Shown here in pieces: positions 13,201 through 24,536 of a stretch of 64,000 nucleotides of DNA; position 1 is the stretch's first letter, and every line of letters begins with the position of its first letter. Below the pieces are notes generated by a model. It made no database searches. It saw nothing but the letters and a program-made list of their open reading frames with translations, and had not been told where the DNA came from. This DNA is from Cladosporium halotolerans (Eukaryota), in contig NW_027191457.1 of assembly GCF_011745625.1 (NCBI RefSeq), positions 248,001 to 312,000 on the forward strand, read 5' to 3'. The position numbers and the translations under genes are program-made.

Positions 13201-16200
13201 ACGATGCTGGTCTCGAGAACAAGATGAAACAGATGGACAACGGCACGTGGATGTACGACTTTATGACCGAGTGGCCTACTCAATTCCAGCTGAACGGTTG
13301 GGGCATGGCAGACAACGGCCAGCCCGATCTGAGTATTGCCTTGGGTGATGTCAACAACGATACAGTCCTCGACCGTATCAGCCCGGTGTCTCTGCAGGGC
13401 GCTGTCACCAACATTACGAACCACGGACCGAAGTCTCCCCACTTGGCCTGGCGAATCCTGTTCGATGATGGTACCATGAACTACTACCTGGTCCCCGTCG
13501 GCAACCGCTGGGTTCAGCTCGTCATTTGGATCCTGCTCGCGACCATTCCTCCTGCCACTGCCTGCCTTTTCGTCTGGCTGTACATTGGCGCTTTCTATGG
13601 CGTCAAGTTCAACCAGATTGGTCTTGGCCCTGAGAAGAAGAGCTTCCTCGGTGCCTTCAAGCGCCGCAATAAGCTTGACGAGAAGAACAGCGACGCCGGT
13701 ACCCCCGGCCTCAGCCCCAGCATCTCTCCGACCATGGATCAGCGCGGCTCTGTCATTCAGGACAACTTCGGTGGCGCTGGCGCGATTGTCGAGGGCAAGC
13801 GCCGCTGCGTCCTCATTGCCACTATGGAGTACGATATCGAAGACTGGAAGATCAAGATCAAGATCGGAGGTCTTGGTGTCATGGCTCAGCTCATGGGTAA
13901 GAACTTGCAGCACCAGGATCTTGTCTGGGTTGTCCCCTGCGCTGGTGGTATCGACTACCCTGTCGATACTCCCGGCCTTCCCATCGACGTGACTATTCTC
14001 GGCCGCACGTATGAGGTCCAGGTCCAGTACCACAAGCTCAACAACATCACCTACATGCTTCTCGATGCCCCCGTCTTCCGCAGGCAGAACGCCAAGGAGC
14101 CCTACCCGGCTCGTATGGACGACTTGGACTCCGCCATCTACTACTCTGCCTGGAACCAGTGTATTGCTGAGGCAATGAGGCGTTTCCCGGTTGACCTTTA
14201 CCACATCAACGATTACCACGGCACCATCGCCCCTCTCTACTTGCTTCCTGACACCATTCCCTGCTGTCTGTCACTCCACAACGCTGAGTTCCAGGGTCTC
14301 TGGCCCATGCGCAACCCTCGCGAGGTTGAAGAGATCTGCTCCGTCTACAATCTTCCGGAACCTGTTGTCCAGCGTTACATCCAGTTCGGTGAAGTCTTCA
14401 ACTTGCTCCACGCCGGTGCTAGCATTCTCCGTATTCACCAAAAGGGTTTCGGTGCCGTCGGTGTGTCCAAGAAGTACGGCAAGCGTTCCTGGGCTCGTTA
14501 CCCCATTTTCTGGGGTCTCAAGAAGATTGGTTCTCTTCCCAACCCGGATCCTACCGATATTGCTGAATGGGACAAGAAGGTCGCGGACCCTAACTCCGTC
14601 TCGGTCGACCAGGTTTTCGAGTCTGGTCGTGCTGGTCTGAAGCGTCAGGCTCAGGAGTGGGCTGGTCTTGAGCAGCGCGCCGACGCCGACCTCTTTGTCT
14701 TCGTCGGTCGTTGGTCCATGCAAAAGGGTATCGATCTCATTGCAGACGTTTTCCCCGCTGTCCTCGAGGCTCACCCGCACGTCCAACTTCTCTGTGTCGG
14801 TCCTACTATCGATCTCTACGGTAAATTCGCTGCTCTGAAGCTCGACATCATGATGCAGAAGTACCCTGGTCGCGTCTACTCCAAGCCCGAGTTCACTGCT
14901 CTGCCGCCCTTCATCTTCAGTGGAGCTGAGTTCGCCCTCATTCCTTCTCGTGACGAGCCTTTCGGTCTGGTCGCCGTCGAGTTCGGTCGTAAGGGTGCCC
15001 TTGGTGTTGGTTCTCGTGTCGGTGGTCTTGGTCAAATGCCCGGCTGGTGGTACACCATCGAGTCCACGACGACCAAGCATCAAATGCATCAGTTCAAGAT
15101 GGCTATCTCTGGCGCCCTGAAGTCTAGCTACGAGACACGTTCCACCATGCGTGCTCGTTCCGCCAAGCAGCGTTTCCCTGTTGCCCAGTGGAAGGAGGAC
15201 CTCGAGATTCTGCAAACCGCCTCTATCAAGATTCACAAGAAGCGCATGCAATACGTTACCGCGAAGCACACTGGTATGGCCTCTGGCACCAACAGCGGTT
15301 GGGCCACTCCCAATCTCCCTGGATGGATGACTCCTCGCAGCGGCGCCAACACCCCCAGGGGTACTGGTACACCCGTTGCCAGCAGGCCCAACACTCGCCC
15401 ATCGTCTCCCACGCGTCCCGAGATTCCCGCCAACGGTCAGCTCTCGCTTGGTATGCGTCAAGGTCCCGGCCACATTGCCGAGGAGCGCTTCCCGCGTGGG
15501 AACGTGCCTAGCTACTACTCTCAGTCCACTCCTGCCCCGATCTCTGAAGACGGCCCGACTCCCGAAGAAGAATACATCTCGCAAGCTCAGGTCGACGAGG
15601 CCAGACGCCAGTCTCGCCTTGGCGGTGTCAACGACTTCCATTTCGACCTTCGTGACGGCACTGCTAACCGCGGCGACCAGACTCCCGGCGCTCCTGGCTA
15701 CAACTCGTACTTCTCGCCCGCTGGAACTCCCGGTGCCCAGACCCCGAACAACGGCAGCTACTCCTTCCTGGAGCACCCGCACACTCCTGTCCGTGATGGC
15801 ATGCTTTCTGGCAACGTTTCTGGCACCCAGACTCCTCTCAGCACTGAGCGTGTCGTCGACGAGAAGTCCGACAAGACCCAGCAGGAGCTTACGCCTTTCT
15901 TCGAGGATACCACTGGTCTCTACATGAGGACTTTTGAGAAGATGCTTGGCGACCTCAACGGCAAGAACTCTGAGAAGGAATACTGTATTGAGGAGTACCT
16001 CGAGAAGTCCGAGAAGGCATGGTTTAACCGTCTCCACCAGGCCAAGATGAACAAGGTCGGTACCGCCGGTCACTCCAAGGCTGTCACCCCGGCTGGCTCA
16101 ATCTACGAGGGCGTCGAGACCGAGGAGCCCGTCAGTCAATTCTTGCTTCCGGAGAACTACGAGCCCCCGACCGGTGTCAAGCGCATGCTCAGCATCAAGA

Positions 16201-17477
16201 TCGGTGAATGGCCTATCTACACCCTCTTCCTTGCCCTTGGTCAGATTCTGGCTGCCAACTCCTACCAGATTACTCTCCTGACGGGTCAAGAGGGTCAGAC
16301 TGCCACCCAGCTGTACTGCATCGCCTCCATCTACCTTGCTTCTTCCCTTGTCTGGTGGTACATCTTCCGTCGCCTGGCTTGCAAGTTCGTCATGACGCTG
16401 CCTTGGTTCTTCTACGGTCTTGGTTTCTTCCTGCTCGCCTTCGCGCCCTATGGTGCGTCTCAGATTGCCCGCGCCTGGGTCCAGTACGTCGCCACCGCCA
16501 GTTACGCCATTGGCTCCGCTGCTGGATCCTTCTTCTTCGCTCAGAGTTTCGGTTCCACTGGTTCCGCGCCTGTGAAGGAGTGGGCTTTCCGTGCTTGCGC
16601 TATTCAGGGAACTCAGCAGATCTACGTTATTGGCTTGTGGGCTTGGGGCACTGCCCTCACCGACGCTTCTTCCAATGGTAGGAAGACCAACTACGGCTGG
16701 CAGATGACCGTCATCGGCGTGCCTATTGCCCTGTTCCTGTGGGCCATTGGCGCTCTCCTTTGGATTGGTCTCCCTGACTTCTACCGCCAGAAGCCTGGTG
16801 GACTGCCGTCGTTCTACAAGGCTGCGCTTCGCAGGAAGATCGTAGTGTGGTTCTTCATCGCCGTCTTCATCCAGAACTTCTTCATGTCCGCGCAGTTCGG
16901 TAGGAACTGGTCTTACCTGTGGTCGAGCCAGCACGCACCGACCTGGGCCGTTGTCTTGCTCGTCATCCTGTTCTTCGTCGTTATCTGGATCGCCCTTCTG
17001 TACACCTTCAGCAAGCTTTCGAACTCTCACAGCTGGATCCTCCCCATGTTCGCTGTCGCGCTCGGTGCTCCGAGATGGTGCCAGATCTGGTGGTCGGTTT
17101 CCAACATGGGCTACTACGTGCCTTGGGCTGGCGGCCCCGTCGGCTCTGCCATACTTGGTCGCGTTCTTTGGCTCTGGCTCGGCGTGCTCGACTCTCTTCA
17201 GGGTGTCGGTATTGGTATGCTCCTGCTGCAGACGCTCACCCGTTTCCACATTACCTTCGCGCTCGTCGGTGCGCAGGTCATTGGTAGTATCGGCACCATC
17301 ATCAACCGTGCCGACGGTTTGAGCTCGACTGGACCGCTCCCGTACTACCCGTCCCTTGCCTACAACATCAGCGAGGGCCTGAGCTACGCCGGCTTTTGGA
17401 TCTGCCTTATCTTCCAGCTGATCGTCTGCGTTGGATACTTCGCCTTCTTCCGTAAGGAACAGCTCAGCAAGCCCTAA
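10236..17477 (+). CDS. ags1: Alpha-1,3-glucan synthase (Ags/Mok family), 2413 aa, single exon
   Basis: Signal peptide, extracellular GH13-like domain, one TM helix, a GT5 glycogen-synthase-like domain (KIGGLGVMAQLMG, PSRDEPFGLVAVEF) and a multi-pass C-terminus ending FFRKEQLSKP. Confidence 0.97.
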   Translation: MFRPWLLPLALLSTTATASWVDEREAPWNLNANANAKNPMEYEISWPGHEYFKSPENWRMPFYSFFVDRYVNGDPTNDDANGTAWETDPKATQLRHGGDLQGIVDSLDYIHGMGVRGIYLAGSLLINRPWEMDSFSPYDLTILDHHFGNVTQVRDAISKIHEKGIWVVMENTFATMSDLLSFEQYPNSSAPFSWTEYDVEYKSTTVYRDFNISNEFDADCPTEFPRWWDQSGHLYDDVNMTKFKGCMESDFNQFGDTSAFGTYPEWQKQLSKFGGVQDRLRDWRPSVLDKINKFSCMWIQGLDIDGFRMDKAMQITVDSQANFSHAMRECAREVGKDNFFIPGEIVNGNTNGAIYIGRGKEPEMAYDNKTAAVSQTDSDYIRDDQHHALDAGAFHYSFYRSLMRFLGLDGNLLAGFEAPTNFGDQWETIMKTNDMRNAYTQKFDPRHMYSASNQDVLRWPGLINGTERQMLGTFLTAMVMPGIPMVNWGEEQAFYVLDSTAPDYIFGRAPMSSAQAWQMHGCYKVGNKNLNNWPVDSSLHACKDDSISLDHRDPSHPLYRTYKHWFELRKRYPVLNDGWDFTEISQQTDEYTMPGSWGTPTIHGLYSAVRARMPAMENQDFSDLEDADNGYWGNQAVWVLYSNRNYTEEYVSECSDDRSAIGSPYPVNTTVRNLFYPFETYEILEEAAINFELEGSSMMAGCLHSIKMEPYGWKALVPIGNWTRPAPSVSKFLPGHDQRILSNTAADQPDQIDIEIRFTDEMNCDSVRQNLAFDSVTEYPDQKINVDRDAIRCEVLPNSPVFETNYTGPMPSHWHFTTTLTNVYDGVHTITLNNITNQEGNATTGTTDNFMLRIGQADNPLVFPKTANYSDNLLFKETTQKRDASITQGDGLFVHHKAAGADKWRFTMSFGAVWSEWLDYQPGNQSLHDLTWTGLDNQKWEGEHVRVQYWSQKTGSSDHVIEGNVHGSDLPPRRYPHFFIHGSFNKYGYDAGLENKMKQMDNGTWMYDFMTEWPTQFQLNGWGMADNGQPDLSIALGDVNNDTVLDRISPVSLQGAVTNITNHGPKSPHLAWRILFDDGTMNYYLVPVGNRWVQLVIWILLATIPPATACLFVWLYIGAFYGVKFNQIGLGPEKKSFLGAFKRRNKLDEKNSDAGTPGLSPSISPTMDQRGSVIQDNFGGAGAIVEGKRRCVLIATMEYDIEDWKIKIKIGGLGVMAQLMGKNLQHQDLVWVVPCAGGIDYPVDTPGLPIDVTILGRTYEVQVQYHKLNNITYMLLDAPVFRRQNAKEPYPARMDDLDSAIYYSAWNQCIAEAMRRFPVDLYHINDYHGTIAPLYLLPDTIPCCLSLHNAEFQGLWPMRNPREVEEICSVYNLPEPVVQRYIQFGEVFNLLHAGASILRIHQKGFGAVGVSKKYGKRSWARYPIFWGLKKIGSLPNPDPTDIAEWDKKVADPNSVSVDQVFESGRAGLKRQAQEWAGLEQRADADLFVFVGRWSMQKGIDLIADVFPAVLEAHPHVQLLCVGPTIDLYGKFAALKLDIMMQKYPGRVYSKPEFTALPPFIFSGAEFALIPSRDEPFGLVAVEFGRKGALGVGSRVGGLGQMPGWWYTIESTTTKHQMHQFKMAISGALKSSYETRSTMRARSAKQRFPVAQWKEDLEILQTASIKIHKKRMQYVTAKHTGMASGTNSGWATPNLPGWMTPRSGANTPRGTGTPVASRPNTRPSSPTRPEIPANGQLSLGMRQGPGHIAEERFPRGNVPSYYSQSTPAPISEDGPTPEEEYISQAQVDEARRQSRLGGVNDFHFDLRDGTANRGDQTPGAPGYNSYFSPAGTPGAQTPNNGSYSFLEHPHTPVRDGMLSGNVSGTQTPLSTERVVDEKSDKTQQELTPFFEDTTGLYMRTFEKMLGDLNGKNSEKEYCIEEYLEKSEKAWFNRLHQAKMNKVGTAGHSKAVTPAGSIYEGVETEEPVSQFLLPENYEPPTGVKRMLSIKIGEWPIYTLFLALGQILAANSYQITLLTGQEGQTATQLYCIASIYLASSLVWWYIFRRLACKFVMTLPWFFYGLGFFLLAFAPYGASQIARAWVQYVATASYAIGSAAGSFFFAQSFGSTGSAPVKEWAFRACAIQGTQQIYVIGLWAWGTALTDASSNGRKTNYGWQMTVIGVPIALFLWAIGALLWIGLPDFYRQKPGGLPSFYKAALRRKIVVWFFIAVFIQNFFMSAQFGRNWSYLWSSQHAPTWAVVLLVILFFVVIWIALLYTFSKLSNSHSWILPMFAVALGAPRWCQIWWSVSNMGYYVPWAGGPVGSAILGRVLWLWLGVLDSLQGVGIGMLLLQTLTRFHITFALVGAQVIGSIGTIINRADGLSSTGPLPYYPSLAYNISEGLSYAGFWICLIFQLIVCVGYFAFFRKEQLSKP

Positions 17478-18916
17478 ACGCGCACCCAGACCCCAGACCG
17501 CGAGGGCGCAGCACAACCTTCCTATTCGACAAATGTCATTTTATGCTGTACATATCTTTTCTTACCCCTCCGGGATTGCGGAACAGCCCGCATTCAAAAC
17601 CGGACACGATCTTGCATACGATGACTTCCGACAAACCGGAGCATCTCACTGGCGTCGGAACACTACAATTCTTTCGTTGTTTTTGCTGCTTTCTTTTTGA
17701 GAAGCTTTTCGATCTTTTCTCTTTTCTGATTTCTACTTTTTCTGGACGTTCTGGCATGTTCTGTTTGCAAACCTGCAATGCGAAAAAAGAAGTTCTTTCC
17801 GTCTTTACCACAGCCACTTTCTTTCCCTTCCAGTCTCAGCTTCTCCTTCGCGAGTAGCAGACGCACACGCTGTCACACCACCTCAGCAGCGGGGGAAACG
17901 AAACGACCGACAAAACCGATCAACTTTTCGCGAGATACACAATACGCAGGCCTGCTTTTTGCCGATATGGATATGTGGTGGGGGGCCTTTGCCCGGAGAC
18001 AATTATTGAATAATAGATGACAGACATATAGAAGGGGGCGAGGATTCTTCACTGGCCGACACCCCCGGGGTTCGAAGCGCTCGACCTGTTCAACTTTTTA
18101 TTTCTTTTTTGGGAGAAATACACGTCTGTATGTATGGTGGGGTGAGGAGGTGGGAGGAAATACTATTATCATCGAAATCATCATCATGTACATATCTATC
18201 TGTCTATCTACCAGGCTCTGAAACTATCTCTTGCAAAAAATCCCTCTCGTTACTGTTCCTACACCTCTGGCTCTCCCCGCTAGTAATTTGACCCTCAGGG
18301 AGCATGACGCGAATTCGTTTGCTCGTGCTTCCGTTGAGGTCGTACCGACCAGCCCCGCGCGTGAAGGCGGTGTGACAGTCAACGGTTGGGGATGTGCGTC
18401 GCCGTTGTGATCGGCGCGTTGGCGATGCTGCAGCCCGAGGGAGGGTCTCACGTCGTTTCGCCGGTCGATTGAGGGGTGCGGTCCACGGAAAGAGCTCATG
18501 AGGGGCACGTTTCTTTGGCGCGTCGGACTTCGGAGTTGGCACCGTGGGATATAGATCTTGGTCTCATTATGGTGCTTCAGCACGTGGGGCTGAGATGAGA
18601 TCGGCGGCGACCCGCGATATCATTGTGGGCGGGTGATCGTTTGGTCGAGACTAGGAGCCGTGAGAAGATCAGTGTCTTTGATGACTTGTGGGTTGCCTGT
18701 GGGCAGTCTTCCATGACTCGGTCGATATCGATGCATGGGGATCAATGCAGCTCGATGCCAAGTTCTTGGCCAATTCGAACAGAGTCGACGACGATGGCGA
18801 CCATCAATCGTCGTTCCCTGAAGTGTAGTGACTTCGCTAGTGCAGTGCGCGCGAATATATCGAGTTGAGCCGTTGCCCGCTCCATGGCCTTTCCGTGACA
18901 GAGTTCTCGGTATCCA

Positions 18917-19510
18917 TCAGCTAATCCACTTCGCCTTCCCATCCGGCACCAACTTCCTCAAAGCCTCCACCTGCTTCTCCATGCCCTTCACCCTCGCATT
19001 CCTCACCTCCTCGCTCTCCACAATAGTCTTATCCACCCTCCTCCGCCCATCCCCAAACACCACCGTGAAATCACCCACCTCCTCCCCAGCCCCCACAACC
19101 TCCGTAGGCGTCAACCGACAAAACCTCCCCACCGTCGCGCCCTCCCAAATCCTCGCCTGAATCCCCACCTCCGTCCCCTCGCCCACCTGCTTCGCCAGCA
19201 CCTCCGCGCCGCTCTCGACGTTGACCCAGCGCTCGAGCACGACATCGCCCTGCTGGCCCTCCGGCAAGCCGACGACGGCGCCCTCGGAGACGATGCAGTA
19301 GGGCCCTATTGTGACGCTGCCGCCTTCGGCGCGGATGCGCGCGTACGGGTGGAGGACGACGTGCTCGGCGATGGTGACGGGGTGCGAGCCGGTGAGCTGC
19401 GCTTTATCGGCGATTACGGCTGTGGGGTCGATGGTGCATGGGGGACCGGCGGCTGGGAGGGAGGTGCTGGTTGTGGTTGTGCGTTTTGTTGTGGGCGGGC
19501 GGGCGGCCAT
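18917..19510 (-). CDS. Dynactin subunit p27 (DCTN6-like), left-handed beta-helix
   Basis: Hexapeptide-repeat pattern IDPTAVIADKAQLTGSHPVTIAEHVVLHPYARIRAEGGSVTIG and C-terminal DFTVVFGDG...KQVEALRKLVP. Confidence 0.75.
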   Translation of the reverse strand: MAARPPTTKRTTTTSTSLPAAGPPCTIDPTAVIADKAQLTGSHPVTIAEHVVLHPYARIRAEGGSVTIGPYCIVSEGAVVGLPEGQQGDVVLERWVNVESGAEVLAKQVGEGTEVGIQARIWEGATVGRFCRLTPTEVVGAGEEVGDFTVVFGDGRRRVDKTIVESEEVRNARVKGMEKQVEALRKLVPDGKAKWIS

Positions 19511-19922
19511 TGTGGGATGGGATAGTGTCGAGGTGGGTTTGTCCTTTTGGGCGGAAGGGTGTGGTTCGGTTCAGAAGCCGAGGTGGAGTGAAGCGGGCGC
19601 GCTGGACGCGCGAACTCACGTGAGCTGCTTTACTGTATTGATGCATGGACTTTTCGCCTTCCAATCAATCACGATAGACTACAGCACATGATGGGAATGT
19701 TTGCATTGATTTCGATTCAGTTGTCGCACTCGTGAAATGAGCTAATACTACAGTCGCGAGCCCCCATTGCCTCAGCTAAACCGCCAAAGCCATTCCGTCC
19801 AAGGTGTTTAGCGACCTTATGAGAGGTGACTGCCCATGTCGCCTCCCATGATGAATATTGAAGGGCCATGACTGCAAGCTGACACATTGATTACAGGAAA
19901 GTGTGCCATCGCGCTTCCTCGC

Positions 19923-22503
19923 TCATCGACGCTTTCTTCTGCTGACACTTGCGTGCGAGGACATCGGGCTAGACTCTCCTCCGGCGTTGATCATGCCCAC
20001 GGTTTGAAGGCTGCCAAAGCGACGTTGGCTTCTCAGCGGAGTGGCAGTCGTTTCTGCAACTGTTGACCCTTCCTCCGTAGTAACAGCCTTGCGTTTCGCG
20101 GTCTGTGTCAGACGACGAGATTTCATGGCTGGTGTCTCGTGCAGAGTCGCTGATGCCATGTCGGCTTCCATCAGACTGCTGATCGATGGTGACACGGGCT
20201 CGGATCCTGCAGACGTCGGTGTCATCGAGTTCAGCTTGCTGTTGTGACGTGCTGCAGGCTCAGGCAGGTCCTTTCTCATAGCCAGGAGTAAGCCCTGGTT
20301 GATCTGTGCAACTTTTGCGACCGACCGTTCATCGAGAAGAATATCGTACTGTTGCTATGTCAGTCCGTTTTCATCTTCAAGCGGAAACGAACTCACTTAC
20401 ATGATGTTTGATGTGGGTCATTGGATCGAAAAAGGTGTTCAGTATCGTGCGAATCATCGCCTCATCTTGTGCAGGCACAAACAATGCTTTGCCAGTTGCT
20501 CTATAACCTGACTTGTGCGACTTCGCTGCCTGAGTGACGAACCTCTCTTTACGTACCCTGTTGTGTAGGTCACTTGCCGTCTTTTGTTCGATATCTGACC
20601 AAGCAGACGGGTTAGTTTATATCGTGTTTAGGCAGGAAGATCACTTACCCAGATCGTTGGACAAGTCCGATTTGGATCTCAGGCCGTATTGAAAAACCCT
20701 ATACATGACGCGACGCTCAGTAGTGAGTTGCTGCAGCGCTGCAAAAGCATCCGCGTCGCTTTCGGCTAGGATGCAGCCGTAGCAGATGTGCAGATGCTCT
20801 TCGTGGAGGCGGGGGTCTTCGTTTCCGACATATCCGTAACAGTGAAGATGCTGCCACGACATGCAACTGAAGCATTGGACCTAGAGAGGGAGTCAGAAAG
20901 TGCTCATGAAGGCCAAAGGTATACACGCGTACCATATCACCCTCTTCTTTCCTCAACCCGCATTGACATACGATGATCTCTCCAGAGGCAGTGGTGCCGC
21001 CAGCCTTTTGGGCTAGTGCCACTACCTCACTTTGCAGTTCCAGCTTCTTTGATTGGACCCTCTTACGGGTGGCAGAACGGAGCGAGTAGGCAGCGATTTT
21101 GAAAGGCGTCTCTATCTCGTCAGGCCCCAAGACCAAGGCGCGTATGGTGGTCGGAGTTGCGGTGCTCGCATCAGGAAACGTATCAGTTGAATTGAAGACG
21201 CCTTGAGTCTGAGTGTCCCCTTGCGTGATCTGCTCAGGCTGCATCATGCCATGGAGATCGTCGTTCATATTGTTTACAAGCGATTGCTGAGTGTCCCTGC
21301 CGCCCAGAGACAGAGATGCTTCCTTGGTCATTCTGCCACGTGTGACTCTTGAGCTCGGGGACTTGGCTGTATGCGATTTTTTGGACCCAAAAGGCGACAA
21401 GGTAATGTTCCGGAGCGGCGTTTCCGGTCTCTCGCTCGGCTTTTGAGGCCGGAGATTCTGGGTGGAGTGATGAGATGGCTTAGAAACGTCGATGTACCGA
21501 GAGACTTTGTGTATGAATGCAACTCGATCTGGCACCTGTTGGTACTGGGAATTCTGGTCTGCTTTTGGCTGGAGTCCGCTTATCTTCAAGTTTGAACTAT
21601 TGCAGTCAGTATTTAGTAGCTCCTCCTCGACGAAAGTACCTACTTGTGATGGCCAGACGCGAAGCTCAAAGCCTCTGAGTATGGCTGCCAATCTTCACTT
21701 GACGCAAAGAATAAATCGCTGTCTTCGCAAAGCATGAAGCCATCGACAAGCCTGCTTTTGACCGTTTCACCGTCGTAAATCAGACTCATCGAGATCATTC
21801 GCTGGGCTCGCCAGGGGTCAGTCAGTGGTCGCATAAAAGATGCGGTATTGCTTACAAGGCAGCGCCGGTAGATCATTGCACATATCCGCTACTTTACGGA
21901 AAAGTTGCTGCAAGGACGTATTGTTTGCATCAGACATGAATGTCTCGTGCTTTGAAGCACTCGTAGCCAACCCGCTCGGGGTTCGCTCTCCCTTTTCGGA
22001 GGTGGTGTAATGAATCGTGAAGGTGTATGTCTCGAGCACCTCATTCCGAGACTCTGATGCGGGATGCACCAAGACTTGTACTGCACGAAGCTGGCCACTC
22101 TCCAACTCTCGCATGACGCCTTTCTCCTACGATCGGTCAGCTGTGTTGAAAATACCCCCTTGAGGATCATTAGACTCACAAGCCAGTCGAGAAATTGGTC
22201 GGCGCGCTTGCTGCGAGCACGTAGAAGGACCGGAAGCTTTGTGTACGGCTTGAACGCATCGTCTCCGCTCGTAGGCATGCGACCTGCTGCAAAATCTTCG
22301 TATGGCAAGACCGTGTCCTGCATCTGGTAGATGCGCTGTTCGAAAGCCCTGTCGGGGAAGAGGCCTCTCAAGTAAAGTAGTGTACTCAAGCCCCCGTGAA
22401 GCATGGTTTGCACCAGACACAGACTTTGCACCAGATTGACCTGTGTTGCTGTGACTGTCTGGCGCTGAACATTGCGTTGTCGGGCCATTTGCACGTTTGC
22501 CAT
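19923..22503 (-). CDS. hop1: Meiotic HORMA-domain protein with PHD finger (Hop1 family), multi-exon
   Basis: HORMA motifs STLLYLRGLFPDRAF, FLDWL|EKGV and VLETYTFTIHY. PHD finger CQC...VQCFSC...WQHLHCYGY...HICYGC. Introns at 22127-22179, ~21809-21855, ~21597-21643 and ~20882-20931. Further introns at 20300-20650 were not fully resolved, and the final stop is taken from ORF 19923-20279. Confidence 0.85.
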
Positions 22504-24536
22504 GCTTGGTAGGTGCTGCGGAAATGTTGAGATGGTACTGCCGATGCAGCGAGCGAATGACGCTCACAACGGCGTTGGATGTGATCGAGAAAGAGTCTCG
22601 GGGTGTGCAGTGTATGGAAAGCCGGACGAGGCGCAAAGGTAGGTGACGGTGAAGGTGTAGTCACTGAAGGCCAAGCTTCGCAAACGAGGAAAGAGCGACG
22701 ACCCAGGAAAGCACGCTCGGTGCGGATGTTCTGGCGCAAACCCCCGTCCCTTGTGAGGCAAAGTATTGTCACAATCAAAGCTGCCGGACTGGCGAATCGG
22801 GAAGTCACTCCTCGTTTCAAGGCCGGCTGGTCATTATGCAGATGCCCGCAGAGCATCAAACAGCAATGAAGCACGTGCCGATGGACCAGGCATCCACGTG
22901 CGCCTCACTATATCAGCCTGCTGACGCGGCTACAAGAACGTGCAAACTCACTTCTACACGCATCTCTTCTAGTTATTTTTGACCTACTTTGCTCCACATC
23001 CCCGTTTGTTGTGGGATAATGACGATGCAGCCACCCGTCACTGTCCGACACCTTGTCCGTTCGTCGAAGCCACCTTTGAACGGAAAGGCGTAGTGGAGTC
23101 AGTGAGTGCAGTCAAAAGCAGCCTTGCTTGGCCGTAGCAAAGAGCGAAACACATGCATTCATGGCGGGCAATGATGGCTGGAGAAGACCGAGAGACGATG
23201 GCGTGACCTGACGCCGAGGATCCGTTGCTCGGCAGACTGCTCACTGTCGGGATTTGCTCGCACTTCTCAAATGATACAAGGACTGTGAAGGCGCACCATC
23301 AATCACATCAGATCCCGTAAAGGCTCCCAGAGGTCAGGCGCTGCTGGAATGTATAGCCACCCGGGCAAAGCAGGAACTTGGACTGGTGCGGCATGACCCA
23401 GTATAGACATTCATCTCCCGACGATGTAAGCCCCCTGCGCCTCCGACAAGGTCGAGTCTCGAGGATGGGCGCGAACGCGTTATGGAAGCGTAGTGAAAGA
23501 CGCATGGGACACCCGAGCTGAAGGAGGCTTGCGCCTCGGGGGCCAACTCCGACGATCGGGATTGTGCAAGCCGAGGCCCAATGTACGTTAGACCTCACCT
23601 CATGCCCGCAGGCAAGCCAACCTTCACACACTACCTCGATCGCCCAATTTTGGTTGAAGATAATCACCGTCATTGAAGATCGCATCAACTTGATGTCTGC
23701 CCAGAAGCTGAGGTCTCGGGAATACATGAAAGGCTTCAATGTTCGAGCTCAGAGCCCGCAAAAGCATGACTCGAAAGTCAGCGGTACCAGATTGCCACCT
23801 CGACACGCATTTAAATACCCGTGCTCAAGAGGGTAGCTTTCCTGTGTGTCAGACTAAAGTCGGCCTCCCTTATGCACAAAGGGACATGGATCACCAGCTC
23901 AGAAAAAATGGCCACCTTTGCAATCTCTAGTGAGGCTGCAGTCTCTCACTGCAAACGCCCGCATTCATTCGCGAACCACCGCGAAGACCGCCACTACGCC
24001 GATCAGTGCAGCTTTGGTCATCGAAGGGCAATAGAACATGTTCGCATGATCAAGATACTATGTTGGCGTTTGCTCGGTCAGCCGATATCCTGCCATTCAC
24101 TTTCCTGGTTCAGACTCGGCAAACGCGCATTGCTCGACCAATTTGGAGGATCACATCCTGATTGGCTTGTCAGGATCGCGATCCCTGCTTCAATCTTGTT
24201 TTCTGATCGTACCTTCCTGTATTGGTGAGCATCTGTGCGCTGTTGCTAGGTTGTGGCAGCCCATCGCGTGCGTCACAACAACCCTCGAACCCCGAGCTAA
24301 CCTCACCTCACGGTGCGGGGCTGGCGTCTCACACATAAGGAAAGTCTGGGGCTCCAAACCTGCTGCACACTACTCTCCTCTCACCTTGCTCTTCTGAATT
24401 TCTTACACCCACAACCGACACGAAATCTGCTCATACCCAATTGCGTCCACAATCGGATTACCCCTTGGACAACACCCTCTGTCGCCGATCACTGAACTCA
24501 CACCCAAATTCTACGGGCAGCCGCCCACAACCCACA

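Noticed and set aside
10212..17516. Long antisense ORFs (470-600 aa) opposite ags
   Set aside because: Shadow frames caused by strong C-ending codon bias of the sense gene; no protein-like motifs.
19923..22503. Mmi1 DSR-like TCAAAC hexamers in hop1
   Set aside because: About three copies noticed in 2.6 kb, unclustered and near chance expectation.
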